Below, piece after piece: positions 13,626 to 27,679 of a stretch of DNA of 64,000 bases. Numbering within the stretch: the stretch's first letter is position 1; every line of letters begins with the position of its first letter. The notes beneath the pieces were generated by a model. The model was not told the origin of the DNA. It saw only the letters and a program-made list of their open reading frames with translations, and made no database searches. This DNA is from Camelus ferus (taxonomy: Eukaryota). Both the position numbers and the translations under genes were made by a program. The stretch lies in the NCBI RefSeq assembly GCF_009834535.1, contig NC_045697.1, forward strand, positions 93,870,001 through 93,934,000, written 5' to 3'.

Positions 13626-14257
13626 TGAGACAGGAAGTGGGCAGGGCAAGCCATTCAAGGAATGCTACAGCAGTTAACAACAAAATGGTGAAAGATTCAA
13701 CCCCCAGTAGGCCTTGAGGCTCCAGATGGTGGGAGATTTGACTTCCAGCAGAACTTGAGCTTCATTATACGCCCATTGTAATATATTAACATGGTGAATA
13801 ACATGCCCACAGGCACCATGGCAGTTCCAAGGCTAGCCACAAAAGGTCAAATGGTGGGAAATGGCCAACTTCCTGGGAATCTCAGCCCCTTCCCCAAACT
13901 AGTTAGACCGGTCCTTCCACTTATTTCCATCTGAAGCCACCGAGCCCATAAAAACTGGCAACAGGAAGCCTGGCGGCTGCCGCCCTCTCTCTCTCCCACT
14001 TCAGAGATGACCTGCACTCTATGTATGGAGTGTGTACCTACTTTTAATCTGAGCACCCAACCCCCACACCTCATGGCCTTTCTTTTGCCTTTCAGTGTAC
14101 CTCTCTGAATAAATCTACTTTCACTCAACTGTGGCTCACTCTCGAATTCTTTCCTGCATGAAGCCAAGGACCCACACTTGGCAGGGCACGTCCCAGGGGC
14201 TCAACCGAAGCCTGGGACACAGCCCTCCTCACGCCCCACATCCGTTTTCCTGCATCA
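13626..14257 (+). mobile_element. ERV1-class solo LTR
   Basis: TG...CA termini, perfect 4-bp TSD atac/atac, cataaaa box and AATAAA near 14108. Confidence 0.85.
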
Positions 14258-14261
14258 ATAC

Positions 14262-14572
14262 CAGGCTGATAATCTCAGAAGGATGGACAGACCCTCTAGA
14301 GTTCCTCTTGAAGACTCATTGAGGTCAAGAGGAATGTAGCAGCACCCCGTGAAATGCCCTGATTGTCTGTTCCTATTTTCTGTTCCATCCGGTTTTTCTA
14401 TAAAACCTCAAGACACCAACCCCAAGAAGGGCTCACAGTGTCTAAGGCATTAGCCTGCTGTGAATTCCTTTGCTGGACAAAGCAACAAAGCTGTCCTTTT
14501 CTTTGCTCCCAAAACTCTGCCTCTGAGTTTGAATTTGCTTTTCAGGGTGCAGAGGCCGATTTTTCAGTAACA
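14262..14572 (+). mobile_element. ERV1-class LTR 3' part
   Basis: tataaaa box, degenerate polyA signal (caacaaagct), ends cagtaaca. 5' boundary uncertain. Confidence 0.6.
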
Positions 14573-17408
14573 AACTCACAAACTGATTCAAACATTTTGG
14601 TTGCATACAGCCTTCCCATGATTTCAGCTTTGCTAAGGACTTGAAATTGCATGTCAACTAAAACTCAGTGATTAAAAGCATGAACTCGTCATCAGACTAG
14701 ATTTAGGTGAAAAATCCTAGGTCTTCTCAGTTCATGAGTGACTTTGGGCAAGTTACTTAAAATCTGAAAGACTGAATTTGCTTACTGAATAAAGAGAATT
14801 ATATTTTTCTATAAAGCATTCCTAAGAATTTTGATAATATGGATAATAAAAATAATAAAAATCCATATTTGACAAACAAGAACTGACAGAAAATAAAGAG
14901 TTAATATCATGAATCAAAAATCCAATAATACAGCAGATTACCTATAAAAATGTATCAAAGCAATTGTGCAGGACATACAGAGCACCATCAGTTTCAGAGG
15001 GAAGAACAACCATATTGCATCATCTGCTGGTCAGGTTGTTTATGCAAAAGAATCTTGCAAGATTCATAATCTTAGAAAAAAACATAAATAAAGGCAAAGG
15101 AATTTTAAGCCAAGGGGCAGGGCAATTCAAGGAGTGTGATACTGGGAATGATTCCAAGTTTGTCAGTCAGCTTTGAGCTAAGTGATATGTCTGTTAAATG
15201 GAAATTGTTGTTAAGGCAAATAAGAGATTATGAGTTTATTCATTTGAGAGATGGAGAACAAGTCGAAGCTACTGAACAGATGATTAAAGAAAAACACAGA
15301 AAGAAATAGTTGTAAAATATATGCTTAGAAAATACAAATTAATGAATGTGGCTAAGGATTTTAAAATCCCATTTCTATTTTTAATAAAGTAATAAAATCA
15401 TAATTATAATATTTTATGGCTCCACAAATAAAATTATTATATCAAGTTTTTAATAACAAAAAAATAATATCTGCCTGTATTAAAATGAGATTGCCACTCT
15501 TATTCTTTCATTTTTTTGTATGAGCTCTTCCTCATCTTTTTCTTGTTATTGTTGTTAAACATACACCATCTGGCCTTTATTACCACAAAGCTATAAATTC
15601 AAAATGCAAGCTATTTGTCTGTAATGTGTATAAAGTTGAGATTCTGCTGAAATTATTAGAGACAAGACTGAGTTATAGGTTTCTTTCTCCAAAAAAGTGG
15701 GACCCAAAACACATAATTTGAAATAGCACAAGTTGCACTTCAGATTAAGTAAGCAGTTTTGGTATGCTTACCGTATAAATACTCTGCTAAACTTACACTT
15801 CCCAGTCTGGTTAAGGTTCAGAATAGATTTATATCAACTTAATGAACCCTACTTCTGCTGACATACTCAGAAAAGAGTTTAAATTACAAGATGCTACTCT
15901 TACATAGAATTGGAATTTTTAACATAAGCTAACATTCAAAGAACATCATTTTAAATAGAACTTCATGATGTCTTCCTTTACTACACAGACTTTTAAGAAT
16001 TTATTTGCATGGTATTTATGCCAACAAATCTGTACTTACTACAAAGGCTCAAAGTTAACTCTTTGGTAAACAATTTATGAGTGCTTCGTATTTTCCTTGT
16101 TAATAGTTTCATCAAGATACATTATCTTCTTTTCCATAGGCATTATAAAGTTTGGATATGGATATTAATAAAAATATACATGTACATCAAAATACAACAT
16201 TGACAGATCCAACAACTATAGGTATATTATCATTTTCCTTGCACTGACTTTATATATCACCTCATTACAGAAGAGATAAGAGAAAAATAAAAAAGGAGTT
16301 TATAAATAAGTCCTCATTAGTGGAAGTCCTCTTAATTTAAGGCTGGATATTTAAAAAAATAGAACACCTTCACTTGAAAGTCATAAAAGAATAACATGTT
16401 CAACCAGAGACATAGCTAAGGCATGAAACTTAGGTTTTAATCAGATTATGTTGGATAATGACACTATAGTTTAAGCATATCAACTTAAATCTATTTGCTC
16501 TTTTTAAATACGTGAGCATAGATTTTCTCATCTGTATAGTGGAAATAGAATTATTATAAATGATGTAGGGGTAGTTAACAGCCAAGGAAAATAAGTAAGG
16601 CAACTGGGATTAAAGAAAACTATATAAACGAAGCATGCTTTTAAACCTGTAATATGTTTTAACCTCAAACAGTAAAGTTAATTAGCAAAGCATCTAATAA
16701 TATTTCAAATAACCTTGATAGAAGACTTAAAAGCATCTGTTCTATAAATAATATCTTCTAATTAGCAAGAAGTTAAACTAAGACAACTAAAACCAAAATT
16801 TCAAAAACATACTTCAGTTCTTATATTCCACTAATGTAAATTTTTAATCTATTTTTGCCATGTGAGTGGGAAAACATTCTAACATTTCATACAATGATGA
16901 AAAACATGTTACATAGATAATCTTGAACTAAAGCATTAAAAATATTAATAAAATTATAGAAATCAGAAAAAAATATAATTATTCTTGCATCACAAATAAA
17001 TACTGTCTAAAATTTCAAAGCAAGTTATGAAGGCAATTCAGTATCAAATAAATACAATGTAAAGAAAACATTATTCATATAGCAATAAAATGCACTTAAG
17101 GAAGGAGGAAAAGAATATAATAAATATAAAATTAGAAACATACAAAGAGTTAATATTACAAAGTGGGAAGAAATCATCACAGAAAAAAGAAAAATAGGAG
17201 AACTGTAAATGAGTGCATTCCTAAAAATCCAGGCAATTATTTTTGAATACCTGGACAAAAGAAAATATTTTCTAGGACATTTTGATTAAAAAAAAAAAAA
17301 CCTCAAAGAGATAGATATTATAAAGTGGAAGGAAAAGCAATTAAAATGATTGCAGTAACCTAACACCTTCAACTAAAAGAATATTTCAAAGATCTTTCAT
17401 AAGGGAAT

Positions 17409-17776
17409 TGCTATAAACTGAATTTTTGTGCCCCCCCCCTAAAATTCATACATTAAAATCTAACTCCTAAGGTGATGGTATGTGGTGGTGATGCCTTTGA
17501 GAGATAATTAGGTCAAGAAAGCAGAGCCCTCAGGAATGGAATTAGTGCCCTTGTAAAAGAGACCCCAGATCCTTGCTCCTTGGGCCATTGTAGGACACAG
17601 CAGAGAGATGGCTCTCTAGGAACAGGAAAATGGGTCTTCCTCAGACACTCGATCTTAGACTTCCTAGCATCCTAGCTCTTCACAGCCCCTAGAACTATGA
17701 GAAATAAATTTCTGTTTTTTCATAAGCCGCCCACTCAATAGGTTCTTCATTATATAGACCCAAACAGGTTAAGACA
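17409..17776 (+). mobile_element. MaLR LTR (MLT1A-like)
   Basis: tgctataaactgaat...aaaattcata...gccctcaggaatggaattagtgcccttgtaaaagagacccca...agaactatgagaaataaatttctg...taagaca. Confidence 0.85.
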
Positions 17777-18421
17777 GGAATTCTTTCAAAATGTAAAGAA
17801 ACAGATTATTTTTGTGCTCTTCAATTTTTTCAAGAAAACAGATTGAAGGAAAAATTCAAATGCTTTTCGTCAGTCCAAAAAAAAAAAAAAAAAAAAAAAA
17901 GCCCACACTGCCACTAAACTTGAAGGAGAAGACACATTGAAAATATATATATACTATATAGTATATGTATATATTCAATAAGTACTCACAAGAAGCAATG
18001 GTGAAAGCCCTAAAAAAGAGTCCCTATGACAAAGGACTGGGCAGAGTTTGACAACATTCACTGTATCAAAGACAGGAAAATGTTCCCTGATGTTTCTCCC
18101 CACCTCCTCTAAGTAGTAAAAGTCTTAACATATTAGAAGAAAGAAAATAGATATCATTTTCCAGAGGGAATTCATAAGCCATTGCAGCTATAGGAAGAAG
18201 ACAGAATACAACCTGTTGAAATAACATCAAATGTGTGCAGAAGACTCAGTCTGAGGTACAGTAAAAAGAGAAGGCATATCGCTGATGTTGGAAGAGAAAC
18301 TGAGAAATTTATCAATACCAGATGCAGAGCAACTGGAACTCTTATACACTGCTTGAAGGAATATAGGATGCCCTTGAGAAAACAGTTTGTTTCTTACAAA
18401 GTTAAATATATGCTTATGATA

Positions 18422-18916
18422 TGTCATTAGCAGAATAATGATACCTTCCTCCCGCACCCCCCCCCCAAAAAAAAGTCCATTCCCTAAGCCTGGAACCTGT
18501 CAATATGTCACACAGAAAAGGAGGAATTCAGGTGGTAGATGGAACTGTGTGCTAAGCAGCTGACCTTAAAGTAAGATTATCCTGGATTATACAGGTGGCC
18601 CAACATGGTCCCAAGAGTCCTACAGAGTGGGAGACAGAGGCAAACGAATAGGTCAGAGTAAGAGAGAAACTTGATGATGCTACTATGTTAGTTTTGAAAA
18701 ATGAGAAATTAGTCAACAGGACAAGGAATGCTGACAGCAAAAAAAGAGAATTTCCTTCTAGTGTGCCCAGAAAGGATGCAGCCCTGCTGACGTCTTGATT
18801 CTAACCCAGTGAACCTTATTTTGGACTTCCAACCTCCAGAAATGTAAAATAATATTTTTTTGCTGTTTTACTAAATGTACAGTAATCTGTCAGAGCAGCA
18901 ATAGAAAACTAATTCA
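18422..18916 (+). mobile_element. MaLR LTR (MLT1D-like) inserted in an old L1M 3' fragment
   Basis: gcagaataatg...gattatcctggattat...ttggacttccaacctccagaa...gcagcaatagaaaactaat. L1-like sequence flanks it at 18270-18420 and 18920-19260. Confidence 0.8.
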
Positions 18917-19489
18917 TCATATGGTCCAGTAACCCTATTCTTAGGTATTCCGCTAAGATAAACAAAAGCATGTTTACACAAAAACTGTACATGATTCTTT
19001 AGAGTAATGTTATACATAATCACCAGAAGTGGAAATAAGTCAAAATGTTCTTCAGTCAGGGAATGGATTAAAAAAATGGTAGTATATCTGTACAATGAAA
19101 TATTAGCCAGAAAAAAGGAACAAATCATTAAGGCATACAAACACTCTGATTGAACGCCAAATGCATTTTGATAACTTTGTTGCAAAAGACAAAAATACTG
19201 TATAATTCCACATATGAGACATACTAGAAAAGACAAAATGGTACAGGTGGAGAATATATCAGGGGCTGCAATTAGACAAGGAAACAAACTGAGGTAAAAT
19301 ACTGAGCAACAGAAGCAAAATAACTTTATGTGTACTTTCAAAACCAAAACTAATAATCTTACAAACTCATTAAAACAGTAAGAGAAAATGCTGATGTCTG
19401 CATGTTATTAGTCACTAAATTCATAGTTTTTAATATTTTAATTATGTTATATTTAGAACGAGAGAGAGACATACCATAAATATAAAGTT

Positions 19490-20210
19490 ATATCTAGTCT
19501 TTGTTCTATTTCTAAAGTTATATCTAGTCTTTGAATCCATTTCCCATGGATTCAAAATCCCTTGGAATTACCTGAGTGATAGAAGTATCTCCTTTATGCT
19601 AATAAAGTGACTCATCATGGGTCCCGAGATAGTTTCAGCATGGGAGAGGTCACTAGAAAGACCAGCTACATGATTAGAGGGTTGCAACTTTGGGTCCATT
19701 AAATAAATATCTAGGGAAGGGAAAAAGTCTGATGATTGAGTTCAATCACGTGGCCACTGAATAAACAAATCATGCCTATGTAATGAGACCCCTGTATAAA
19801 CTATGGACACCAGCACTCTGTGGAGCTCCCAGGTTGGTGAACACACTGATACAGCGGGAAGGTGATGTGCCCTGACTCCATGGTGAGAAGGGAAGAAAGC
19901 TCCATTCTAGGCCCTCCCCAGACCTCGCCCTATGCATCTCTTCGGTTTGGCTGTTTCCGAGTTGCATCCTTCATAATAAAACTGTAATCATGAGAATAAC
20001 ATCTTCAGTGAGTTCTGTGACTCATCTGGTGAATTATCAAACCTGAAGAAGATATAAGAAGCCCTTACTTTATAAGCAGCTAGGCAGAAGGCCGGAGGCC
20101 GGGAAACACTCAAAATTTGAAGCTGGTATCCTGTAAGGGACTTTGTCCTTAACTTGTGGGGTCTGCACTAACTCTGGGTGGTCGGTGAAAGAGAACTGGT
20201 GTCAGCACAG
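19490..20210 (+). mobile_element. MER21-like ERVL LTR
   Basis: atcatgcctatgtaatga...ccaggttggtgaacac...ccagacctcgccctatgcatctcttc...aataaaactgtaat...gagttctgtga. Confidence 0.8.
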
Positions 20211-21184
20211 TAAACACAGAATGACTTTATTCATAATTTTAAAAATGGGACTATTAAACCTACCAGATTCTGCAACATACCATACAGTTAAGGTTTAGAA
20301 GGATAAAAGGAAAACAAATGGATAAGTTGAATTTTTTTACATGTATTAAAACTAGACAACAATGCATGTGAATTTAACATATACTAAATGGTATTTCAAA
20401 TTATTGGCAGAAAAACTGGTTAGTTTTTTTTTTTTTTAAGAGTAGAGAGTTAAGTGGGTGATGGAACCAACAGTTTTCTTACAAGATGGATTAAAATAAG
20501 ATGAATTAAAATAGGGTAGGGTCCTTTGGGGCACAGATGCCATCCGTGCATGCAGACAATGTGCGTGGATGAGTCTCAGCTACATGTAAGAGTCACCTGA
20601 GGAGATTTAACAATCCTGATCCTGTTGGATCTGGAAAACAAATCTTACAGAAAAATTAATTATGGCTGGCTCAAATTTGAATGTGAAAATAATATTTTAA
20701 AATTATTAGAAAAATAAATCTGAAGTCATTCACAGTCTCTGTGATAGAAACCTTTTTTCTTTCTAAAAAGAACATAAATATCAATGCAGAAAGCAAAAGA
20801 TTAATCAATTTCCTCCACAAAAATTAAAAATTTGTGCTTAACAAATATTGCTACAAATGTGAGACAATAAACTTAGTTTAAGATACTATTCAAGCAGATC
20901 ACAGAAAGCTAATTAATTAAAATGAAAATATCTTACAAATTAATAATAAAAAGAATGAACAGCTAAAGTTATATGGACTGTTAACCACATGAAATAAAAT
21001 AAATAAAACTATCCACAGAAGCCATGCAATTTGGTTCATTTTCAAAGATAGCTAAAGTAAAACAAATCAAATAGCAAAGGAAAAAGGTTGGGGTTTTTTT
21101 TTTGTAATAGGGCAATAGTTAAAATATTTGATAATGCTTAGCCTCTGCAAATTTGTAGACTAAAATATTCTTCTCTTCAACTTT

Positions 21185-21385
21185 TTAGAGTTATGCTCAC
21201 CAATATGGCAGCCATTGGACACATGTGACTACTTAAAAGTAAATAAAATTTAAAAATCAGTTCTTCAGTTATACCAGCCTTATATTAAGCTACATGGGAA
21301 TAGAGTTTATCTTACCAAACAACACAGATTTATCAAACATTTTCATCATCCACAAGAGTGTTCTTTTGGACAGCACTATTCTAGA
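21185..21385. mobile_element. MER3-like hAT-Charlie MITE
   Basis: ccaatatggcagccattggacacatgtgactact...acattttcatcatc...ttggacagcactattctaga. Confidence 0.7.
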
Positions 21386-22340
21386 GAATAATTTACCTAT
21401 ATTAAAATTAAAAGCACACACAAAACACACAAACATACACACAGATTTTAGTCAAGCAAACTCACTACTATTTCCTATATAGATACATTTTCAAAATGAC
21501 ATTAAGCTCAATGAAAATGATCTTTAGTATTATTATAACAATATTATTTGTGATAATAAAACATAGAAAAAATTCAAAAAACACCACTGAGGGAGCAGTT
21601 AAATAACTTATGGTATTCCAAAACAATAGGTTATTTTTCAACTGTTAAAAAATGTATTTATGATAACTAGAAAGTAGGAGTTTATTTTTGGGGAAGGTGT
21701 TTGTGATCAAGAGAATTCTATTTGTAATTTTACACTTTCCTATCCAGTTTGAAATTTTTACTTTATGTGCATACCACTTTTACATAAATAAATTGATAGA
21801 AAAATAAATACATGACTCTGAAAATACATAAAGAAATAAAACCATATTGATCCAGTTAGAGGGATTACTGAACTGATAAAGTGATCTTTATATTAAGTGC
21901 AAAATAATGTGATTATGAATTATAAGACTGAATTATGCATATTATTGATCATAATGTATCCTTCTGCTTGTTAACAGAATTTATGTGCTATTGGATATTG
22001 GTTTTGAGATCACACCAAATTTACAGGTATATCTGTGAATTCAAACTTTTTATTCTCCGTTGAAAATTTCATCTAAACTTTCCATCAAGCCCACTGATTA
22101 CTTTAAAGATACTATTAGGAACTACCAAACTAGAGTTTGAGCAGAACTACCATAGCCAGCCTCCGAGAGTTGAGTTCATGGAAATTAGAACCCATGATAA
22201 TACCATTCTAGTGGGGGAAAGGGAGAGGGATGTTAAAGCAAAATCCTGAAGTAAATGTCCCCGGTAAACTTTAATAATGTAATTTTCTTTCCTCAGAGAC
22301 TCCTAGAAAATGCGTATTTTTGTAGATGGCTGGTTTGGCT

Positions 22341-22345
<5 letters not shown>

Positions 22346-22422
<77 letters not shown>
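22346..22422. repeat. Compound (TA)n(GA)n microsatellite
   Basis: Directly visible. Confidence 0.95.
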
Positions 22423-22426
<4 letters not shown>

Positions 22427-23259
22427 TACTTGATTTATTTGAGCAGTGGCTCGGGTCTTTGATGTTTAGGGCAAAGAAAGGAGAGTGATACATTGGGGAC
22501 TCCTGATCAATATCCCTATTACTTTCTTCTGAAAGAGAAAGAAAATTGACAATTAGATTTGAAAAGAAATCTATTTCAGCAATGCAATTTTATACATTCC
22601 CAGATTTAAGTAAATTTTTCATTGCTCTTCTGTCACCCCAAAACATTTTAAACCCAGAAATCATTTTATGGGTATGTTTGAATCATGATATATGGGATAC
22701 AATATTGAGGTAAATGTATTACGCTAGAGCTCTGCATGCCTGGTGAAGGTGATTTTATTTCATTTCATTCTGACTGTCCAATAGTATTTTTTTTAGTGAA
22801 ACTGACATTTAATGTTGTAATTTTCTATCTGATCAATGAAGCTTTTATTTATATCAAAGGCTTTCATGATGAGAAAACAGAAATTACAATTTACAACTCC
22901 TCCTCTCTTATCAGGGCATATTTTCCAGGAATTACTTTCCATATCAATTCAATTTAAAAGTTTACTGAAATAAGTTAATGAATGGATGAATGAATGAGTG
23001 AATGAGTGAATGAATTTACTGACTGATAAATATATAATGCCTTAGTACTTCAAACTTCTTAGATTGGCTGCAAAGTAAAAATGCCAGAATCAGCTCCTAT
23101 GGCTTCACCAACACCGTTCTTGCTAAATTTTGTCTTTTCTTGCTTAATCCATTAAAGCAATCTTAGTCCTCAGTTAACTTAATCATTCCAAGAGCATCAT
23201 ATAAAAGTAAAATTTTTAATTCTTGAAATTTATTCTTCTTAGCTTCACAATATTACCCA

Positions 23260-23955
23260 TTTATCTGTTTCTCTATTCCTTCTCAGTCCCCTTTTTAAAC
23301 CACCTTTGTAGTAACTGCCATGTGAATACCTGTCGAATAAGGCTAATTTCAGTACTCTCTTGCCTACCCTTCTACACTCCATCTTCTTCAAATTGATTAT
23401 ATCTACCCTTCTGTCATCATTATGCTGGTAGTTCACTTCATTACATATTATACCCACCTTTAAATTCTTTTTTGAAGTCCAAAATCATAGATTCAAGATC
23501 TAATTACTTTGCTTCTATACTGAGATTTCTTACAACCATTATTAACTACATAACTTCAGAAATTTAAGCCTACATTTCAATCCAAAGTTTTGCTCCCTTA
23601 CTAATACTCATTTCTTTAAATTGTACATCCATATCCTCATGTGCTCAAATTAGAAAACTTGGGATCATCCTAGAAACCTGTGCTTCAAGTCTGCACATAC
23701 AACATTTTATTCATTCCACACCCCTAACATGTCCATGTTTATCACCTTCATTACCTATAATCTTACACAGTCACATCATCTTTCACCTAGAGTTCAAAAA
23801 CTGCTTCTAATAACCTCTTTGCTGCTATTCACATTTTCTTTATAGTTCCCAATAAAGCAAAGATCAATTTGATTTTTTAACCATTGTAACTCAAGTACCT
23901 ATTCTAAAACTTTAAAGTAGGTACCCTTTAAATATTTTTGATCAATGAATGAACC
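23260..23955 (+). mobile_element. L2 LINE 3' remnant
   Basis: aaaacttgggatcatcctaga...ttcacctagag... ending aaatatttttgatcaatgaatgaa. Confidence 0.55.
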
Positions 23956-24257
23956 CATCTAATTAAACTGTTGCTTAAAATTCCTTTCATGAAATTTTTG
24001 TTAGTGACAAAAAATCAGTTGTATCAGTGAGCATAATTCAATTTATACCTTTACTTTTATATTTCCTGCTCACGAACAGCTTTCACCATTTACTATTTCT
24101 TTCAGTTTGATAGCATTATACCTGCACCTAGTTTTGAGAAAAAAAGAAGCACACTTAGGAGTTTGATGAGTTGGATGCTAACGATCTGCCATTTCATGCT
24201 GCATAAAACAAGGCAAGCAGTTTAACCTCTTTTGCCTCATCAAAAAGAAGTGGGTAG

Positions 24258-25255
24258 AAACAGTCAAGAGACAAGACAAGCCACAAACTGGAAGAAAATA
24301 TTTGCAAAAGACATATCTGATAAAGAACTATTTTTATCCAAAATATACAAAAAACTCTTAAAACTTGACAATAAAATAAAGCTCGATTGAAAAATGGGCC
24401 AAAGACTTCAACAGACATTTCACCAAAGATGATATGTAAATGGAAAATAAACATGAAAAGGTACTCCACATCGTAAGTCAAGAGGGAAGGCAAATTAAAC
24501 AAACAAACAAACAAAAACCCAACAAGATACCACTACACTATTAGAATGGCCAAAATGTGTAACATTGACTACCTCAAATGCTGTCAATGATGTGGAACAA
24601 CAGGAACTCTCATTTATTATTGGTGGGCATGGAAAATGGTACAGCCAGTTTGGATGAGAGTTTGGCAGTTTCTTGCAAAACCAAACATACTCTTACCATA
24701 CAATCCAGCAACTGCCCTCCTTGGAATTTACCCAGGGAGGTGAAAAATGATGTCCACACAAAAACCGGCACATGTGTTTATAGTAACTTTATTCATAATT
24801 GCCAAAACTTGGAAGCCGCCAAGATGTTCTTTGGTAGGTGAATTTATAAATACACTGTGATACATCGAAGCAATGGATCATTATTTAGTGTTAAAAAAGA
24901 AGTGAGCCATTAAGCCATAAAAAGGGAAATGCCTACTCTGAAGTGAAAGAAACCAATCTGAGAAGGCTATATACTGTACAAACTCAATAAAATAGCATTC
25001 TGTAAAAACCGTAAGTATGGAAATATTGAAAAGATCAATATTTGCCAGGGGTTATCCGGAATGAAGGACCAATTAGCTGTGCACAATAAAACTTTGAGGG
25101 CAGTGGAAATACTCAGTATGATACTATAATGATGAATATATGTCATTATACATTTGTCCAAATCCATAGAATGTACAACACCAACAGTGAACCCTAAGGT
25201 GAACTATGGACTTGAGGTGATTGTGACAGGTCAGTGTAGGTTCATCTTTGGTAAA
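24258..25255 (+). mobile_element. L1MC-like LINE-1 3' end
   Basis: ORF2 C-terminal remnant (aaaatgggccaaagacttcaacagacatttcaccaaag) and L1MC 3'UTR (catttgtccaaatccatagaatgtacaacaccaacagtgaaccctaa). Confidence 0.85.
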
Positions 25256-27679
25256 ACCCACAAAGCCTTGAAAAAAAAGTAGATATTTTTATAAAACAAG
25301 AATAGGATATAATTTTTAAACTAGACATAAAACACTTTCATAATGGAAGAGATTAACAGTTTTGAATACTATAAAATGAAGACTATGGTCCACCAGAAAA
25401 CTTCAAAATAGAACTAAAATCCAAAGTCAGAGAAGATATAGGTCAAACATATGGTCAACAAAGTATTAGTTAAATGAAGAATATATAACCTGCTGGAAAA
25501 CTAGGTAAACTACTTGAATAAGTAGTCTGTAATCCAAATGGGAAATAGATTTATAAAGTGATGACTAACCTCACTGTTAACAAGCAGAAAGGAAATTTAA
25601 AACAGGCCCATCATACAACAAGCAGACTAAAAAAAGTCAAAAAAAAAAAAAAAAAACCCAAAAAACACTCTACCTAATGTTGGTGAAGTTAAGGAGCAAT
25701 GATAGCTTTCATACTCTAATGGCAGGTGTATTATTAGTAGAATCACATTGAAAAGATTTTGGCATTGTTTATGTAAGTTACAGATGCAGAAACATGTAAC
25801 CAGCAATTCTACACTGAGGTACGTCAGCTGGAGAAAAGTCTTCACATGAGACCTCCAGAAGATGTGTACGTGAATAACCGTGGTTGAGTATGATGAATTA
25901 TCCTACAGCAGACCCTAAACATGAACCAAAGCTGCACACACACGAAGGAATGCTGAATCTCACAACAGACAGAATTTTGAGGGGGGGAAATATACCAAGT
26001 CACAAAAGATCAGAAACAGCCTAAACTAAAATACATCACTAAGGGTTGCACAGATCAGTAGCAAGCTTTCTGGGTTTTGGGTTTTCTGTTTTGTTTTGTT
26101 TTTTAATACCAATAGAGTAGATTATCTTTTCCAGGGGAGAGAAAGATAGATGATTTAGCTTGGCAACACAGGGAGTTTCAAATCTGATTCTGATGTTGTA
26201 TGTTTTGCTTTATAATTATGTGTGTTTTATATCTTCTACTATATATATGGAAAGACAGCCTTCCATGTTTTCTCATTTCCTACTTTACAGGATAAGGTTC
26301 AGATACACTCCTTAACTTGTCAAATGACCTTTTAAAATCAGACTGTAGGTTACCTTTCCAATCTCATTTCTTAGCTTTCTTATCTCCACGCTAATATCAA
26401 GCTAATGTGTTTACTTCCAGGTTACTACTCTACTCACTGTTAACATTTTACGTAGTCCAATAACTTGCCCACTTCTGTGGCTTTGATTTTTACATTCTTA
26501 CTACCATTCCTTGTTTTAGTTCTCTATTAAATGAAACCAATCTTCATGGTATTAATCAAATTAATACTTTGTTTTTTTTTTAAGTTTCTCTGAAAGTTTA
26601 AATCAAAATTAATTTTTATCTTCTGTTTCCATGGTATTTTGTACACTGTTCTGTGATAGCATTTACTGCATTATAGTTATCTATTTACATGCCTATATTC
26701 AAGGATGAGACATTATTGAACTTGAATTCATATTACAGTATTCTTTGTCACCCAGACTGAGTCATACTGAGGTCGATTGTTCCCTTTTAGATGAATCAGC
26801 CTTGGAATTGTTACCTTCCTGTTGAAATATAAGTATTTGTGTGTCCTGATATGAATTTGAAACCTCACTGATAGCTGTTATGAAATTATCCAAGTTGTAG
26901 CCTCTACTGCATGTGACTGGCATGTGACTCCACTAGCATGTGCCTCTCTATGTTTGTGTGTGGTGCTGGGGTTGGGGGTTGAATGCAGTAAGTTTGTCCA
27001 TGTGTATGTGTGTGTTGCTGTGTATATTCTTTTGAGTGTGGGTAGTGAAAGAAAACTGTGTAGATAAAATTTCATTTCTTCAAGGTAAAAATTTAACAGG
27101 CCTAGTAGCCTATGAACCTGAGAATTATGTTTTGTACCAGTCTTTTGGTTTTGCTGCTTATTGTAATCATTGTAAATTGTTTGTGGTACAGAGAATTGAA
27201 ACTGGGGATTAGATTTTACTTTTGCCACGCTTGAGAAGAGGAACTGAAAGAGGAATGAGAACTTTAATAGCATTTTATTCTTTATTATATTAATGGAACT
27301 AAAAACTCATGGCTAACCCTATGGAAATTTTACTGGTCTAACATTGCGTGAGAAATGAAAGTTAAAAAAATAAATTATCAAAAGTGAAATAGGTACTATT
27401 TAATTATTGTCTCTCTTCTATAAGAGGAAATAATCACATTCAGGACAAGTAATATCTAACGACAAAATTCCTATTAACTGACTACATTTTTATTTCATAT
27501 ATATATATATATTATTTAATTACCACAGAGATATTTGCTATATTATTTAATCACCACAGAGATATTTGCATCTATAACACTTTAAATCAGATATTTAAGG
27601 AAATATTTGTTAAAATATTCTGTATTTATCACTAGAGGGAAAAGTCAAAATGTATTTTTAAAAATTACATTGGTCTTAC

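Noticed and set aside
27510..27570. Direct repeats (also 19483-19533) as a CRISPR-like array
   Set aside because: Two-copy local tandem duplications in a mammalian genome; no spacers or cas genes.
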